Origin: a bacterium
GTDB taxonomy: Bacteria > Patescibacteriota > Minisyncoccia > Phycocordibacterales > CAIZLB01
Reading direction: 5' to 3'
DNA: 64,000 nucleotides
Assembly: GCA_037142735.1 (NCBI GenBank)
Contig: JBAXAB010000001.1
Coordinates: 36,915 to 100,914, forward strand
The notes under the pieces are model-generated. The model saw only the letters and a list, made by a program, of their open reading frames with translations, ran no database searches and was not told the DNA's origin. Both the position numbers and the translations under genes were made by a program. Position 1 is the stretch's first letter. The number at the start of each line of letters is the position of its first letter. Below are positions 18,836 to 28,696 of this stretch, piece after piece.

Positions 18836-18948
18836 ATCCATCGCAGGGTTCAAAAAATAAGTGACTTACTTTCTAAACTTTGCGATGGATACACCTTTGA
18901 TGAACTTATTCTGTGGAGCAGTATAATACCTTTTGTTAAAAAAGTCAA
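18836..18948 (-). promoter_or_regulatory. Islet promoter and leader hairpin
   Basis: TTGACT (18948-43), 17 nt, TATACT (18925-20); long hairpin closed by ATCCATCGCA / TGCGATGGAT (18836-45 / 18881-90). Confidence 0.7.
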
Positions 18949-18996
18949 TATTTTGAATCTTTCTGCCACGATTGCTTTATGTTAATATCAAACGCA

Positions 18997-20844
18997 ATGA
19001 AATCATCCGAAATTAGGAAGCGTTTTATAGACTTCTTCAAAGAGCAGGGGCACGCAGAAATCCCATCCGCCTCTCTTGTTCCTGAAAATGACCCGTCGGT
19101 TTTATTTAATACTGCTGGAATGCAGCCCCTTGTTCCATATTTATTAGGTGAAAAACACCCGCTTGGTGTTAGATTGGTAGATTTTCAAAAATGTGTAAGA
19201 ACAGTAGACATTGATGACATCGGGGACAACACTCATGCCACTTTTTTTGAAATGATGGGGAATTGGTCTTTGGGAGATTATTTTAAAAAGGAAGCAATTG
19301 AATGGAGTTACACGTTATTAACAGACAAAGAGAAAGGTTTTGGTCTTGATCCGCAGAGACTATATGTGACATGTTTTGAAGGCGATGAAAATGCCCCAAG
19401 AGACGAAGAGAGCGCAAGTATTTGGAAATCAATTTTTGAAAAAAACAAGGTAACTGGAAACAGAATCTATTTTTTAAATGCAAAAAGTAACTGGTGGAGC
19501 CCGGGAGAGAACGGCCCGTGCGGCCCTGATACAGAAATGTTTTATGACGTTACAGGCACATTAAACCAAGGATTAACACATGAAGAATATCTAAAGGCAG
19601 ATGAGAAACAACAAGTGGTAGAGATCTGGAACGATGTTTTCATGGAATATGAAAAGAGGGATGGAAAAGTGGTAGGGAAATTGGCTAATAAAAATGTAGA
19701 TACTGGTTCAGGATTTGAACGTGTCACTATGGTTCTTCAAGGTAAAGATAATATCTTTGACACAGATATTTTTAGCCCGATTATCCAAAAAATTGAAGAA
19801 TTTGTGGGAGAAGTAAGTTTGGAAGTAGGCGAGCTCAAAAAACTAAAGCGTATTATTGCTGATCACGTTCGAACATCAGTGATGTTAATTTCTGACGGTG
19901 TTTTGCCTTCAAATACGGATCAAGGATATATATTGAGGCGTCTTATCAGACGAGCGGTTCGATGTGCTGACAGATTGGGTCTAAAAGCAGGTTCATTGTT
20001 TTGGATTGCGGAGACAGTGGTTGATCAATACGAAGAGGTATATAGAAATGTAAAGCAACAACGCGAAACCATCAAGGTAGCAATCGATAAAGAAGAACAG
20101 AAATTTAGAAATACATTACATGATGGACTCAAACTGCTCGACAAAATCTTAAATAAGTCTTCTGATCAAACAATCACAGGTGAAACTCTTTTTAAGATGT
20201 ACACCACGTATGGTTTTCCGCTTGAAAATTCATTTGATGAAATTAATCATATGCGCATTTCAAAAGGTCTAGGAATCTTAGATTCCGTCACTCGTCAAAA
20301 ATTAGTAGAAGAATTTAATTCTTTTATTCATCAACACCAAGACGTGTCAAAAGCCGGCTCTGAACAAAAATTCAAAGGAGGCCTTGGTGGTCACGGAGAG
20401 GTGGAAACAAGGTATCACACTGCTACACACTTACTCCACCAGGCCCTGAGAGAAGTACTTGGTGATCATGTCTCTCAAAAAGGAAGCAACATCACGGCCG
20501 AAAGAATGCGTTTTGACTTTACTCATCCGACCAAAATGACTGAAGCTGAAAAATCTAAAGTTGAAAAAATCGTTAATGACAAAATCCAAGCAAGTCTTCC
20601 TGTGAACGTGGTTGAATTAGATCGTGAAGCAGCCGAAAAAACTGGGGCGCTTCACTTTTTTGGTGACAAATATGGAGACAAAGTGACGGTGTATTACATT
20701 GGTGACTCAATCGAGGCTGCATTTTCAAAAGAATTTTGTGGAGGACCGCATGTGAAAAATACAAAGGAATTAGGAACCTTCAAAATTGCAAAGGAAGAGG
20801 CAGTCGCGTCAGGTGTTCGTCGTATCAAAGCAGTCCTAGAATAA
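18997..20844 (+). CDS. alaS: Alanine--tRNA ligase (compact, no C-Ala domain)
   Basis: LFNTAGMQP, HATFFEMMGNWSLGDYFK, HTATHLL, EFCGGPHV; ends GVRRIKAVLE. Confidence 0.97.
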   Translation: MKSSEIRKRFIDFFKEQGHAEIPSASLVPENDPSVLFNTAGMQPLVPYLLGEKHPLGVRLVDFQKCVRTVDIDDIGDNTHATFFEMMGNWSLGDYFKKEAIEWSYTLLTDKEKGFGLDPQRLYVTCFEGDENAPRDEESASIWKSIFEKNKVTGNRIYFLNAKSNWWSPGENGPCGPDTEMFYDVTGTLNQGLTHEEYLKADEKQQVVEIWNDVFMEYEKRDGKVVGKLANKNVDTGSGFERVTMVLQGKDNIFDTDIFSPIIQKIEEFVGEVSLEVGELKKLKRIIADHVRTSVMLISDGVLPSNTDQGYILRRLIRRAVRCADRLGLKAGSLFWIAETVVDQYEEVYRNVKQQRETIKVAIDKEEQKFRNTLHDGLKLLDKILNKSSDQTITGETLFKMYTTYGFPLENSFDEINHMRISKGLGILDSVTRQKLVEEFNSFIHQHQDVSKAGSEQKFKGGLGGHGEVETRYHTATHLLHQALREVLGDHVSQKGSNITAERMRFDFTHPTKMTEAEKSKVEKIVNDKIQASLPVNVVELDREAAEKTGALHFFGDKYGDKVTVYYIGDSIEAAFSKEFCGGPHVKNTKELGTFKIAKEEAVASGVRRIKAVLE

Positions 20845-20888
20845 ATTTCAAATTTTATTCATGAATTAGTCATGATATAATATTCGGT

Positions 20889-21968
20889 ATGAGAATCCCT
20901 GCGAACCTCACATTTTTTATTGATGATTGTCACATCTCGGCAATTATTATTCCGCAGTCAAAAGAAAGGCAAAACATTGCGACAATTTTTACATCAGAAA
21001 AAAAGAGCCCTCGTGAATTGGGTGACAAAGAAGGCCTCACTATTTCCTTATTAAAAGAATTATGTAAAGACATTCGTGACTGGTCATCAAAGGCTGAATC
21101 AAGGGCCTATGACATATCAAGTACTCAGGTTATTTTGTCTCCTTCATGGTACGTCTCTCAAACCACACTTGTGTTAAAAGAGAGTTTAAAACCAATTATC
21201 TTTAGTGAGACTTCGATTCTAGAGGCTAATATGGAAAATATACCTAAAAACATAGAGGTATTTTCTTCATCCAAAGATCTTGTCCTTATTGAAAAGCAAG
21301 TCTCACACGTGTCTTTGAATGGATATCCAGTGGCTAGTTTAAATAGACAGAAGGCCACTATATGTAAAGCATCCGTCTACTATTGCTACATGAACAAACG
21401 CTTCCAAAATCTTATTTCAGAATGTCTAAAAACTTTACCAACCTCAATTAAAAAAGTCTCATTTCAATCTCTGGCCAAAATCACTACAGATAATGCTAAA
21501 AAGGCATTAAATGACAAGAACGACTTGTCTACTTTAAAAAATGGAAGCGTCGTTATAATTAATTTTTGTTCATACATAACAGAAATCGTTTATATCCATA
21601 GTGAAACTACTGTTAACATCCTTTCTCTTCCATTCGGATACAAAGAAACTATACACAAAATGAATAAAGAAACCGGATCTGATCATGCCGCCACAGAATC
21701 ATTACTTGATTTATTCTTAAGTGGAAAATTAAAACCAGAATCTAGAGAACTAGTAGTAGACCTATTGCAAAAAATGGGAACAGACTGGGCAGCTATGGTT
21801 ATGCAAGGTATTTCTCAATTACCAAAGAGTCCAAACGCTTTAACTAAAACTTTCGTGTACGCCCTGGATAAGAGACAAAATGAAGTTGCCAAGATATTTA
21901 CACGTTTACTTCCATTTAATCCAAACGAAAATATCACCGTGAGTGATTTTGTTGGAATTAGTGCTTAA
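20889..21968 (+). CDS. Hypothetical protein, divergent FtsA/actin-like fold suspected
   Basis: LSPSWYVSQT, VSLNGYPV and a late IINFCSYITEI...SLPFG segment resembling an actin-fold phosphate-2 region; catalytic residues not conserved. Confidence 0.5.
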   Translation: MRIPANLTFFIDDCHISAIIIPQSKERQNIATIFTSEKKSPRELGDKEGLTISLLKELCKDIRDWSSKAESRAYDISSTQVILSPSWYVSQTTLVLKESLKPIIFSETSILEANMENIPKNIEVFSSSKDLVLIEKQVSHVSLNGYPVASLNRQKATICKASVYYCYMNKRFQNLISECLKTLPTSIKKVSFQSLAKITTDNAKKALNDKNDLSTLKNGSVVIINFCSYITEIVYIHSETTVNILSLPFGYKETIHKMNKETGSDHAATESLLDLFLSGKLKPESRELVVDLLQKMGTDWAAMVMQGISQLPKSPNALTKTFVYALDKRQNEVAKIFTRLLPFNPNENITVSDFVGISA

Positions 21969-22009
21969 TCCACAACTTGATACTGCTTCAATTGTGATAT
22001 AATGCTGAC

Positions 22010-23296
22010 ATGTCGGCAAAGTTCTCGGACATCATTCCTCCAAATAAGCGTACTATCCGTAATGTACCCCTCACCATTAGCGTCGCTGATGAGCCAAAGC
22101 ATGTTAAACATGCGACTACCCAAAAACACGCAAAGGAACTAATGAAGATTGTAGATAAGGAGGAAAAGTCTAATCGTTCTAAAACTATTTGGGTTGTGGC
22201 CTTTGTCTTTGTCTTAATTCTTGCCTTTATTATTATTTCAAAATTTTCAACAGGTACAGTATCGATAGTGGCAAGCAATAATCCAATACCTGTACAAATG
22301 AATATTCGACTTTCCCACAATGCGACTAGTACGAATTCAGCAGACTACGATGTCGTCACGATGTCGGTAAGTGATAATATACCTGAATCTGCTATCCAAA
22401 ATGCCACGGGGACAGCTGCCTTGGGTTCAAAAGCCAAAGGCACGGTTATTCTGTACAATAATTTTTCATCATCTGCCCAAATTCTTCAAAAAAATACTCG
22501 TTTAGAATCTCCGGACGGTAAAATATTTTTTATTACTGACAAAGTGACCATTCCAGGACAAACAACTAGCAAAGGAAGTACCATCGCTGGCACAGTATTA
22601 GCTAAAGTCGTAGCACAAAAAGAAGGGTCTTCTTACAACATTGGAACCAAAGATTTTACACTGCCTGCTTTGAAGGCAACTCCTCGTTACAAAACAGTCT
22701 ACGCCAAGACAAAAGATTCTATTGACGGTGGCACTAATACTAATTCAAGGCTGGTGATAGATCCCGGCACCTTACAAAATCTACAGGATTCGCTCTTGGT
22801 TAATGCCAAAAAACAAATTGACGCTCAAAAATCTGATGATTACCTCATAGTTCCTGGTGGAACACAAAGTACACTGCATATCAACGGAACAAGTACTGCT
22901 ACTTTGGATGTTTCAACCCTGTTGATTAAAAAGTCAGATTTGGCAGTTCAGATCCAGACTCACAATAATCTAGACATAAATTTATCGCCTGATAACATCA
23001 AGAATCTTCTTGTTGGTACTGCTGACCTGAACCTCTCATTACCTGATGGGGTCAAATTAAACAACATGGGCGCTGATCCTGTTTCTATCGGACTAAATGG
23101 AACCACAACCATTTCAAGTGATCTATCGAGCGACGTAATTACAAAAGAACTGTCTGGTCTGAACTATGATATAGCCGAGAAAGATCTAAAAAATAAAATT
23201 GGAGTGGAGGCAGTCAATCTGGAAATTTGGCCTTGGTGGGTTAAAAACTTTCCTACAAATCCGAATCGAATAACTGTAAAAATTGAAAATAACTAG
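22010..23296 (+). CDS. Membrane-anchored protein with a baseplate-J-like domain (CPR family)
   Basis: TM helix at about aa 60-77; KAKGTVILYN...NTRLESPDGKIF...VTIPG...GSSYNI...FTLP; C-terminal IWPWWVKNFP. Confidence 0.6.
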   Translation: MSAKFSDIIPPNKRTIRNVPLTISVADEPKHVKHATTQKHAKELMKIVDKEEKSNRSKTIWVVAFVFVLILAFIIISKFSTGTVSIVASNNPIPVQMNIRLSHNATSTNSADYDVVTMSVSDNIPESAIQNATGTAALGSKAKGTVILYNNFSSSAQILQKNTRLESPDGKIFFITDKVTIPGQTTSKGSTIAGTVLAKVVAQKEGSSYNIGTKDFTLPALKATPRYKTVYAKTKDSIDGGTNTNSRLVIDPGTLQNLQDSLLVNAKKQIDAQKSDDYLIVPGGTQSTLHINGTSTATLDVSTLLIKKSDLAVQIQTHNNLDINLSPDNIKNLLVGTADLNLSLPDGVKLNNMGADPVSIGLNGTTTISSDLSSDVITKELSGLNYDIAEKDLKNKIGVEAVNLEIWPWWVKNFPTNPNRITVKIENN

Positions 23297-23323
23297 CGTT
23301 GTGGTATCATAGAAATCCGTCCA

Positions 23324-23545
23324 ATGACAGAAAATAAAAATATTAAACAATACGTAGAAGGGGTAGTAATCGAAGCTCTTCCTAATACGCAATTCAAGCT
23401 TCAGATTAATGGCACAAATGAGGAAATAAGGGCTTATATGAGCGGTAAAATGAAACAGAACCGTATCAAAGTTTTTGTGGGAGATAGGGTCTCGGTTCTT
23501 TTGGATCAGTACGGAAGTACCCATAGAATCGAACGAAGAGTCTAG
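23324..23545 (+). CDS. infA: Translation initiation factor IF-1
   Basis: EGVVIEALPNTQF...AYMSGKMKQNRIKVFVGDRV. Confidence 0.95.
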   Translation: MTENKNIKQYVEGVVIEALPNTQFKLQINGTNEEIRAYMSGKMKQNRIKVFVGDRVSVLLDQYGSTHRIERRV

Positions 23546-23678
23546 CAATTTACTACAGATTCCCAGTTCCCCTGATCAATTAACAATTATTCACCAAAAA
23601 AGGCTTTACTTCTTATTTTAAATATAGTAGTATATTCCTCACTGTTTAAAACAATGGTTTTTAAAATGGTTTAAAAAA

Positions 23679-23795
23679 ATGCGAGTCAAATCATCCGTAA
23701 AGAAAAAATGTGCTAAATGTAAGGTAGTCCGCAGAAAGGGCTATGTGTATGTTATTTGTAAAGCAAATATCCGACACAAACAGCGCCAAGGTTAG
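23679..23795 (+). CDS. rpmJ: 50S ribosomal protein L36 (absent from the ORF track)
   Basis: [38 protein letters not shown]; zinc-ribbon form, canonical position. Confidence 0.97.
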   Translation: MRVKSSVKKKCAKCKVVRRKGYVYVICKANIRHKQRQG

Positions 23796-23829
23796 ACTTT
23801 ATTAAAATTAAAAATTAACGATCAATTTC

Positions 23830-24207
23830 ATGCGAGTTCTAGGTATTACAATTCCAGATGACAAACGAATAGAAATGGGCCTTACCGCCCTTTACGGTAT
23901 CGGACGATCTCGTGCTCACAAGATCTTGACACAGGCTGGCGTTGATTTCGCAAAACGACCAAAAGATCTTTCAGCAGATGAGGAATCTAAAATTAAGACA
24001 CTTATCGAGGACTTAACCCTAGAAGCTGACCTTAAACGAGAGGTAGGTTCAAATATCAAGCGATTAAAGGATATCAAGAGCTACCGTGGTTCTCGACACG
24101 CACGACGCCTTCCTGCAAGAGGTCAGCGAACCAAGACTAATGCCCGAACGTTAAAGGGTGTTAAGAAGACCATGGGTTCAGGCCGAAAGAAGGAGACAAA
24201 GAAATAA
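23830..24207 (+). CDS. rpsM: 30S ribosomal protein S13
   Basis: LTALYGIGR, YRGSRHARRLPARGQRTKTNART. Confidence 0.98.
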   Translation: MRVLGITIPDDKRIEMGLTALYGIGRSRAHKILTQAGVDFAKRPKDLSADEESKIKTLIEDLTLEADLKREVGSNIKRLKDIKSYRGSRHARRLPARGQRTKTNARTLKGVKKTMGSGRKKETKK

Positions 24208-24234
24208 TAATTAATAATAAATAAAGAAAGACCA

Positions 24235-24657
24235 ATGGGTAAGACAAGAATTGTAAAAAAAGAAGATAGCGCCGAAGCAAGAAAGGCGGCAAACGCAGCA
24301 AGCAAAAAGCGAGTTGACGTGGGCATTTTGAATATTCAATCAACATTCAACAATACAAAGATTGTCCTAGCTGACCCCAAAGGTAACACTTTGACATGGT
24401 CATCGAGCGGAAGCCTAGGCTTCAAGGGTGCCAAGAAAGGTACTCCTTTTGCGGCTGCAAAGATCGCAGAAGTCCTCGCTGACAAAGCGATTGCCATGGG
24501 CATGAAGGAAGTGTCGGTTGTGGTTAAAGGTGTCGGATCTGGACGAGAGTCTGCGATCCGAACTTTTATTTCTAAGGGAATTACTATTTCGGCTATCAAG
24601 GATGCAACACCTGTACCACATAATGGTTGCAAGCCTAAAAAGCCAAGACGAGTTTAA
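24235..24657 (+). CDS. rpsK: 30S ribosomal protein S11
   Basis: STFNNT, GFKGAKKGTPFAA, TPVPHNGC. Confidence 0.98.
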   Translation: MGKTRIVKKEDSAEARKAANAASKKRVDVGILNIQSTFNNTKIVLADPKGNTLTWSSSGSLGFKGAKKGTPFAAAKIAEVLADKAIAMGMKEVSVVVKGVGSGRESAIRTFISKGITISAIKDATPVPHNGCKPKKPRRV

Positions 24658-24669
24658 TTATATAAATAT

Positions 24670-25290
24670 ATGAAAATAGGTCCAAAATATAAAATTGCAC
24701 GACGTCTAGGAGCTCCAATCTTTGAGAAAACACAAACTCAAAAGTTTAAGATGCGTTCCGAGAGTGGTGAAAAAGGTGCTAAAGGAAAGGGTGGAGGACG
24801 AGGCGCTAAAAGCGACTTCGGAAAGCAATTGATTGAAAAGCAAAAAGCTAGATTTACTTATGGTATTTCAGAAAAACAATTTTCAAATTACGTTAAAAAA
24901 ATAATCGAAAAAAAGAGCCATACTCCTGCAAATGACATTTATGCAGCTCTTGAAACAAGACTCGACAACGTAGTCTTCCGCGCAGGTCTTGTCTCAACAA
25001 GACGCCTTGCACGACAAGTTGTCTCTCACGGTCACATTTTATTGAATGGTAGAAAGAATGGTATTCCATCTGCAGTTGTAAAACCAGGTGATAGTATTTC
25101 TATCCGAGAAGGTAGTCTTAAAACTGCTCTTTTCGTTACCCTTGATGACAAAATTAAAAACGCAACTACTCCAATATGGCTTGCATGGAAAGCAGACGAA
25201 AAGAAAGCATCGGTTCTTCGAGCTCCTTCAATAGAAGGTCAGGAACTCATGTTCGATTTAGGTGCGGTTATAGAATTCTATAAGAGATAA
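24670..25290 (+). CDS. rpsD: 30S ribosomal protein S4
   Basis: QLIEKQK, LETRLDNVVFRAG, ARQVVSHGH. Confidence 0.98.
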   Translation: MKIGPKYKIARRLGAPIFEKTQTQKFKMRSESGEKGAKGKGGGRGAKSDFGKQLIEKQKARFTYGISEKQFSNYVKKIIEKKSHTPANDIYAALETRLDNVVFRAGLVSTRRLARQVVSHGHILLNGRKNGIPSAVVKPGDSISIREGSLKTALFVTLDDKIKNATTPIWLAWKADEKKASVLRAPSIEGQELMFDLGAVIEFYKR

Positions 25291-25316
25291 TATTTAAATT
25301 AAATAATAACAAAGCC

Positions 25317-26300
25317 ATGTCAAACAACAATATTCTATTACCATCTAAACCAAGAGTCGTTGAAGAATCAGCGAATATCGGACGATACGAAATCGACGGT
25401 CTTTATCCTGGTTACGGGCACACATTGGGTAACTCTCTCCGAAGAATCATCCTTTCATCACTTACAGGAGCGGCTATAACAAGTGTGAAAATTAAAAGCG
25501 TTAGTCACGAATTTTCAAGCATTAAAGGCGTAAAGGAAGACGTTATTAACATCATTCTTAATCTTAAAAAATTCCGTTTCTCTATCTCATCTGATGAGGT
25601 TCAAACGGTGACTGTCAAAGTAAAGGGTGCTAAAAAAGTAACAGGTGATGACCTTAAATTGCCCGGACAAGTTACATTAGCAAATCCTGACATGCCCATC
25701 TGTACAATCACAGATAAGGACACTGAATTTGATGCTGAATTTACTATCGAAAAGGGAATTGGTTACGTACCAAAGGAACTTTTGAAAAAAGATCGTGTAG
25801 AAATCGGTACAATTCACCTTGACGCTGCTTTTTCACCAGTTGTACAGGCAAACTACGATGTAGAACAAATGCGAGTAGGTGATCGAACAGACTTCAACAA
25901 ATTGAAATTGTTTATCCAGACTGATGGAACTATTTCTCCAAAGGAAGCTCTAGAAAAATCTATCGAGATCATGATCACACAATTAAAGGCCATTGTTGGC
26001 TTCAAAGAAGACGATCTAGAAGACTTCAAAAAAGCAAAGACAGAATCTGTTTCTGAAGAAAGTGAAAAGCACGAAGCAGAGGACAACGAAGCTATGTCTG
26101 AAGTATTAAAGACTCGCATCGAATCTTTGGAATTGTCGAACCGTACAATGAACTCGTTGGTATCGGCAAATATCCGAAGTGTTGGAGGCTTGATCAGAAA
26201 GAAAGAGAAAGATATCCTTGAATTCGAAGGAATCGGAGCAAAAGGCCTTGATGAAATTAAGGACGTTTTGAAGGGTATGGGACTTTCACTTAAAGCATAA
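25317..26300 (+). CDS. rpoA: RNA polymerase subunit alpha
   Basis: GYGHTLGNSLRRIILSS, GVKEDV, DAAFSPV, alpha-CTD. Confidence 0.98.
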   Translation: MSNNNILLPSKPRVVEESANIGRYEIDGLYPGYGHTLGNSLRRIILSSLTGAAITSVKIKSVSHEFSSIKGVKEDVINIILNLKKFRFSISSDEVQTVTVKVKGAKKVTGDDLKLPGQVTLANPDMPICTITDKDTEFDAEFTIEKGIGYVPKELLKKDRVEIGTIHLDAAFSPVVQANYDVEQMRVGDRTDFNKLKLFIQTDGTISPKEALEKSIEIMITQLKAIVGFKEDDLEDFKKAKTESVSEESEKHEAEDNEAMSEVLKTRIESLELSNRTMNSLVSANIRSVGGLIRKKEKDILEFEGIGAKGLDEIKDVLKGMGLSLKA

Positions 26301-26333
26301 TTAGCAACTTATTATTACTATTACAAAACTGCC

Positions 26334-26684
26334 ATGAGACATCACAACGCAAACCGAAAACTAAAACGAGAACGAAATCAGCGACGAGCATTGTTGCGCT
26401 CTCTTGCGCGTGAACTTTTCCTTCGTGGAAAAATCACAACAACTGAGGCCAAAGCCAAAGAAGTTCGTCCATTTGCAGAAAAACTAATCACCAATGCTAA
26501 AGGTGCTACTTTAGCTGCACGCCGATTGGTTGCTGGAAGAATGTCAAATAATATCATTGTCGGCAAGTTAGTTGATGTTATTGCTAAGAAATATGAAGAC
26601 AGAAAGGGTGGATATATCCGAATTATCAAAATGAATCGACGTCCTTCAGACGGTAGCAAAATGGCCGTTGTTGAGCTAGTATAA
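26334..26684 (+). CDS. rplQ: 50S ribosomal protein L17
   Basis: MRHH, ITTTEAKAKE, RKGGYIRI. Confidence 0.97.
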   Translation: MRHHNANRKLKRERNQRRALLRSLARELFLRGKITTTEAKAKEVRPFAEKLITNAKGATLAARRLVAGRMSNNIIVGKLVDVIAKKYEDRKGGYIRIIKMNRRPSDGSKMAVVELV

Positions 26685-26698
26685 TTCACATCAAATTT

Positions 26699-27043
26699 AT
26701 GAAACACGTAATTGACGCAAAAAACAAAAAGATCGGCCGAGTATGCTCACAGGTAGCTATGATTCTTATGGGTAAAAACGCTCCTACATACGAAAGAAAC
26801 AAAATCCCCGTTGTTGAAGTAGAAATCATCAACACTTCAAAAGCTGATATTTCTAATACAAAGAAGGATGAAAAGACGTATCGAACATACTCTGGATATC
26901 CAGGTGGACAGAAGAATGAAAAACTTGCTGATCTTGCAACACGAAAAGGTCATTCGGAACTTTTCAAGAGAGCAGTTTACGGAATGCTTCCTTCAAACAA
27001 ATTACGCTCAAAAATGATGCTTAATTTAAAAATTAGCGAGTAA
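26699..27043 (+). CDS. rplM: 50S ribosomal protein L13 (short form)
   Basis: VIDAKNKKIGR, LMGKN, YSGYPGG, AVYGMLP. Confidence 0.95.
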   Translation: MKHVIDAKNKKIGRVCSQVAMILMGKNAPTYERNKIPVVEVEIINTSKADISNTKKDEKTYRTYSGYPGGQKNEKLADLATRKGHSELFKRAVYGMLPSNKLRSKMMLNLKISE

Positions 27044-27067
27044 TACTTATTATAAATTATCAAAACT

Positions 27068-27490
27068 ATGTCAGCAGAAAAAAACAAAGGTACGGAAAAA
27101 TATATAGAAGCAGTGGGCCGAAGAAAGACAGCGATCGCTCGTGTTCGCATGACTCCGGCTACTAAAAACTCAATTACAGTAAACGATAAAGCGTTAAATG
27201 AATTTTTTACTGTTTCAAATCTACAGAAGGTTGCTCTTGAGGCACTTGAAAAATACACGTCCGTTACTGAAGAAAAATTTTCAGTTATTGCAAAGACAAT
27301 TGGCGGAGGTATGGCAGGTCAGGCTGAAGCTGTCCGACACGGAATTGCTCGCGCCATCATCAAACATGCCCCACATCACCGTACAACCATGAAGAAAGAA
27401 GGTTTCTTAACTCGAGACCAGCGAGCCAAGGAACGAAGAAAGTTCGGTTTGAAGAAGGCGAGAAAGGCTCCACAGTGGTCAAAGCGATAA
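27068..27490 (+). CDS. rpsI: 30S ribosomal protein S9
   Basis: VGRRKTAIARV, GGGMAGQAEA, KFGLKKARKAPQWSKR. Confidence 0.98.
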   Translation: MSAEKNKGTEKYIEAVGRRKTAIARVRMTPATKNSITVNDKALNEFFTVSNLQKVALEALEKYTSVTEEKFSVIAKTIGGGMAGQAEAVRHGIARAIIKHAPHHRTTMKKEGFLTRDQRAKERRKFGLKKARKAPQWSKR

Positions 27491-27513
27491 AACTTCAAAA
27501 GATTCAAACGTCA

Positions 27514-27551
27514 AAAACGCCTCACACCCATATTTCAGGGGGAGGCGTTTT
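27514..27551. terminator. Bidirectional terminator between rpsI and the convergent islet gene
   Basis: AAAACGCCTC / GAGGCGTTTT stem. Confidence 0.7.
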
Positions 27552-27577
27552 GCGTTGGGTGAGCATACGAAGCGGGA

Positions 27578-27859
27578 TTACATCCCTTCCTCGTCGCTTA
27601 TAGATTTTTTCTGTGCAGGAGCAAATCCCATTACTTCGTTGTGTTCTCTGGCGGACCGTGCCTCCATCCAGTTCAAAATATGCTTTGGCAGGATGATGAC
27701 AGCGGCAAGATACGGGAAACCAAAATACACAATAGCGCTGAGAATTTTGCCAAAGTTCCAGTCCTCGAAGTACCCCATAAACAGGAGCCCGACACCAAGG
27801 ACTATTACCAAGCCTGTGCACATAAAAAAATTGACCCACTTGCTTATTTTTGCGCTCAT
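27578..27859 (-). CDS. Small two-TM membrane protein (islet)
   Basis: Two hydrophobic segments; GGGAGGA SD-like sequence upstream. Confidence 0.65.
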   Translation of the reverse strand: MSAKISKWVNFFMCTGLVIVLGVGLLFMGYFEDWNFGKILSAIVYFGFPYLAAVIILPKHILNWMEARSAREHNEVMGFAPAQKKSISDEEGM

Positions 27860-27998
27860 CTGATGAAATTCCTCCCTCTTTTTTTTGTTGTTGTACGTGA
27901 CTCGTGTCCACGAGTGTTAGCCCCATAAATAAAGTAACATGGTATGAAAAAAATTCCAAACTTTTGTTAAAAAATGAGAATACTATATACTTTACTCA

Positions 27999-28271
27999 AT
28001 GGATTATTTAACAAAAATTTTAAGACGCATCTCTATTAAAAGCGTCCTAGTTCACATCATCGCACTATCTGCGTCAATCGGAGTGATCTGGGGAATTAGT
28101 TATTTGATTCTGGTCACCTTTTCCATTCAGGACAGTGCCGTTGTGGTAGTTCCGGCTAGTGAAGTTATACCCAAAATCGCATCTAACACCGCTTCATCTA
28201 CTTTAAAAAATAGTAAAAAGGGGACAGGGCATGCAACATCAACTAGTAGTAGTACGAAAAGTAAGAAGTAG
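27999..28271 (+). CDS. Small membrane protein with Ser/Thr/Lys-rich tail
   Basis: One TM; TATACT 7 nt before the ATG. Confidence 0.7.
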   Translation: MDYLTKILRRISIKSVLVHIIALSASIGVIWGISYLILVTFSIQDSAVVVVPASEVIPKIASNTASSTLKNSKKGTGHATSTSSSTKSKK

Positions 28272-28317
28272 ATTCCAAAGAAGACTCTACCCTCCGCGTT
28301 TAATCGGGGAGGGTAGG

Positions 28318-28545
28318 TTAGTTGTCTCGTCCGTCTTCTTCTGCTGGCTCAAGGTAGCCTTCTCGGTCTCTTTTTTCCTTGAGTAAAAACTGAATCTCCC
28401 TCTCTCGCTCTGCCTCGATTTCAGCTTCTCGCTCTGCTCTTTTTACCTCATCTTCGGCAAGCCATTTTGCTGTGAGAGCATCATCAGCTTCTCCGCCAGA
28501 GGCGAGCCATTTTCTGTCTGGGATATCGCTATGACTTTCTTTCAT
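28318..28545 (-). CDS. Small charged hypothetical protein (islet)
   Basis: MKESHSDIPDRKWLA...; perfect AAGGAGGTGA SD; CTACCCTCC/GGAGGGTAG hairpin directly after the stop. Confidence 0.65.
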   Translation of the reverse strand: MKESHSDIPDRKWLASGGEADDALTAKWLAEDEVKRAEREAEIEAEREREIQFLLKEKRDREGYLEPAEEDGRDN

Positions 28546-28696
28546 TTGTGTATTCACCTCCTTACGGTGTGTGGAGTTTATTAAAATGGGAACTGTTCCC
28601 ACCTAAAATATAGCATAGTTAATATAAAAAAACTCTACCCCCAGCACCTTTGCAGATGATGGGGGTATGTGAGGTTTGAGAATGGGGGAGGCAATC

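Noticed and set aside
22010-23296. Prophage, based on the baseplate-like domain
   Set aside because: The protein is membrane-anchored, sits among core genes, and has no phage neighbours.
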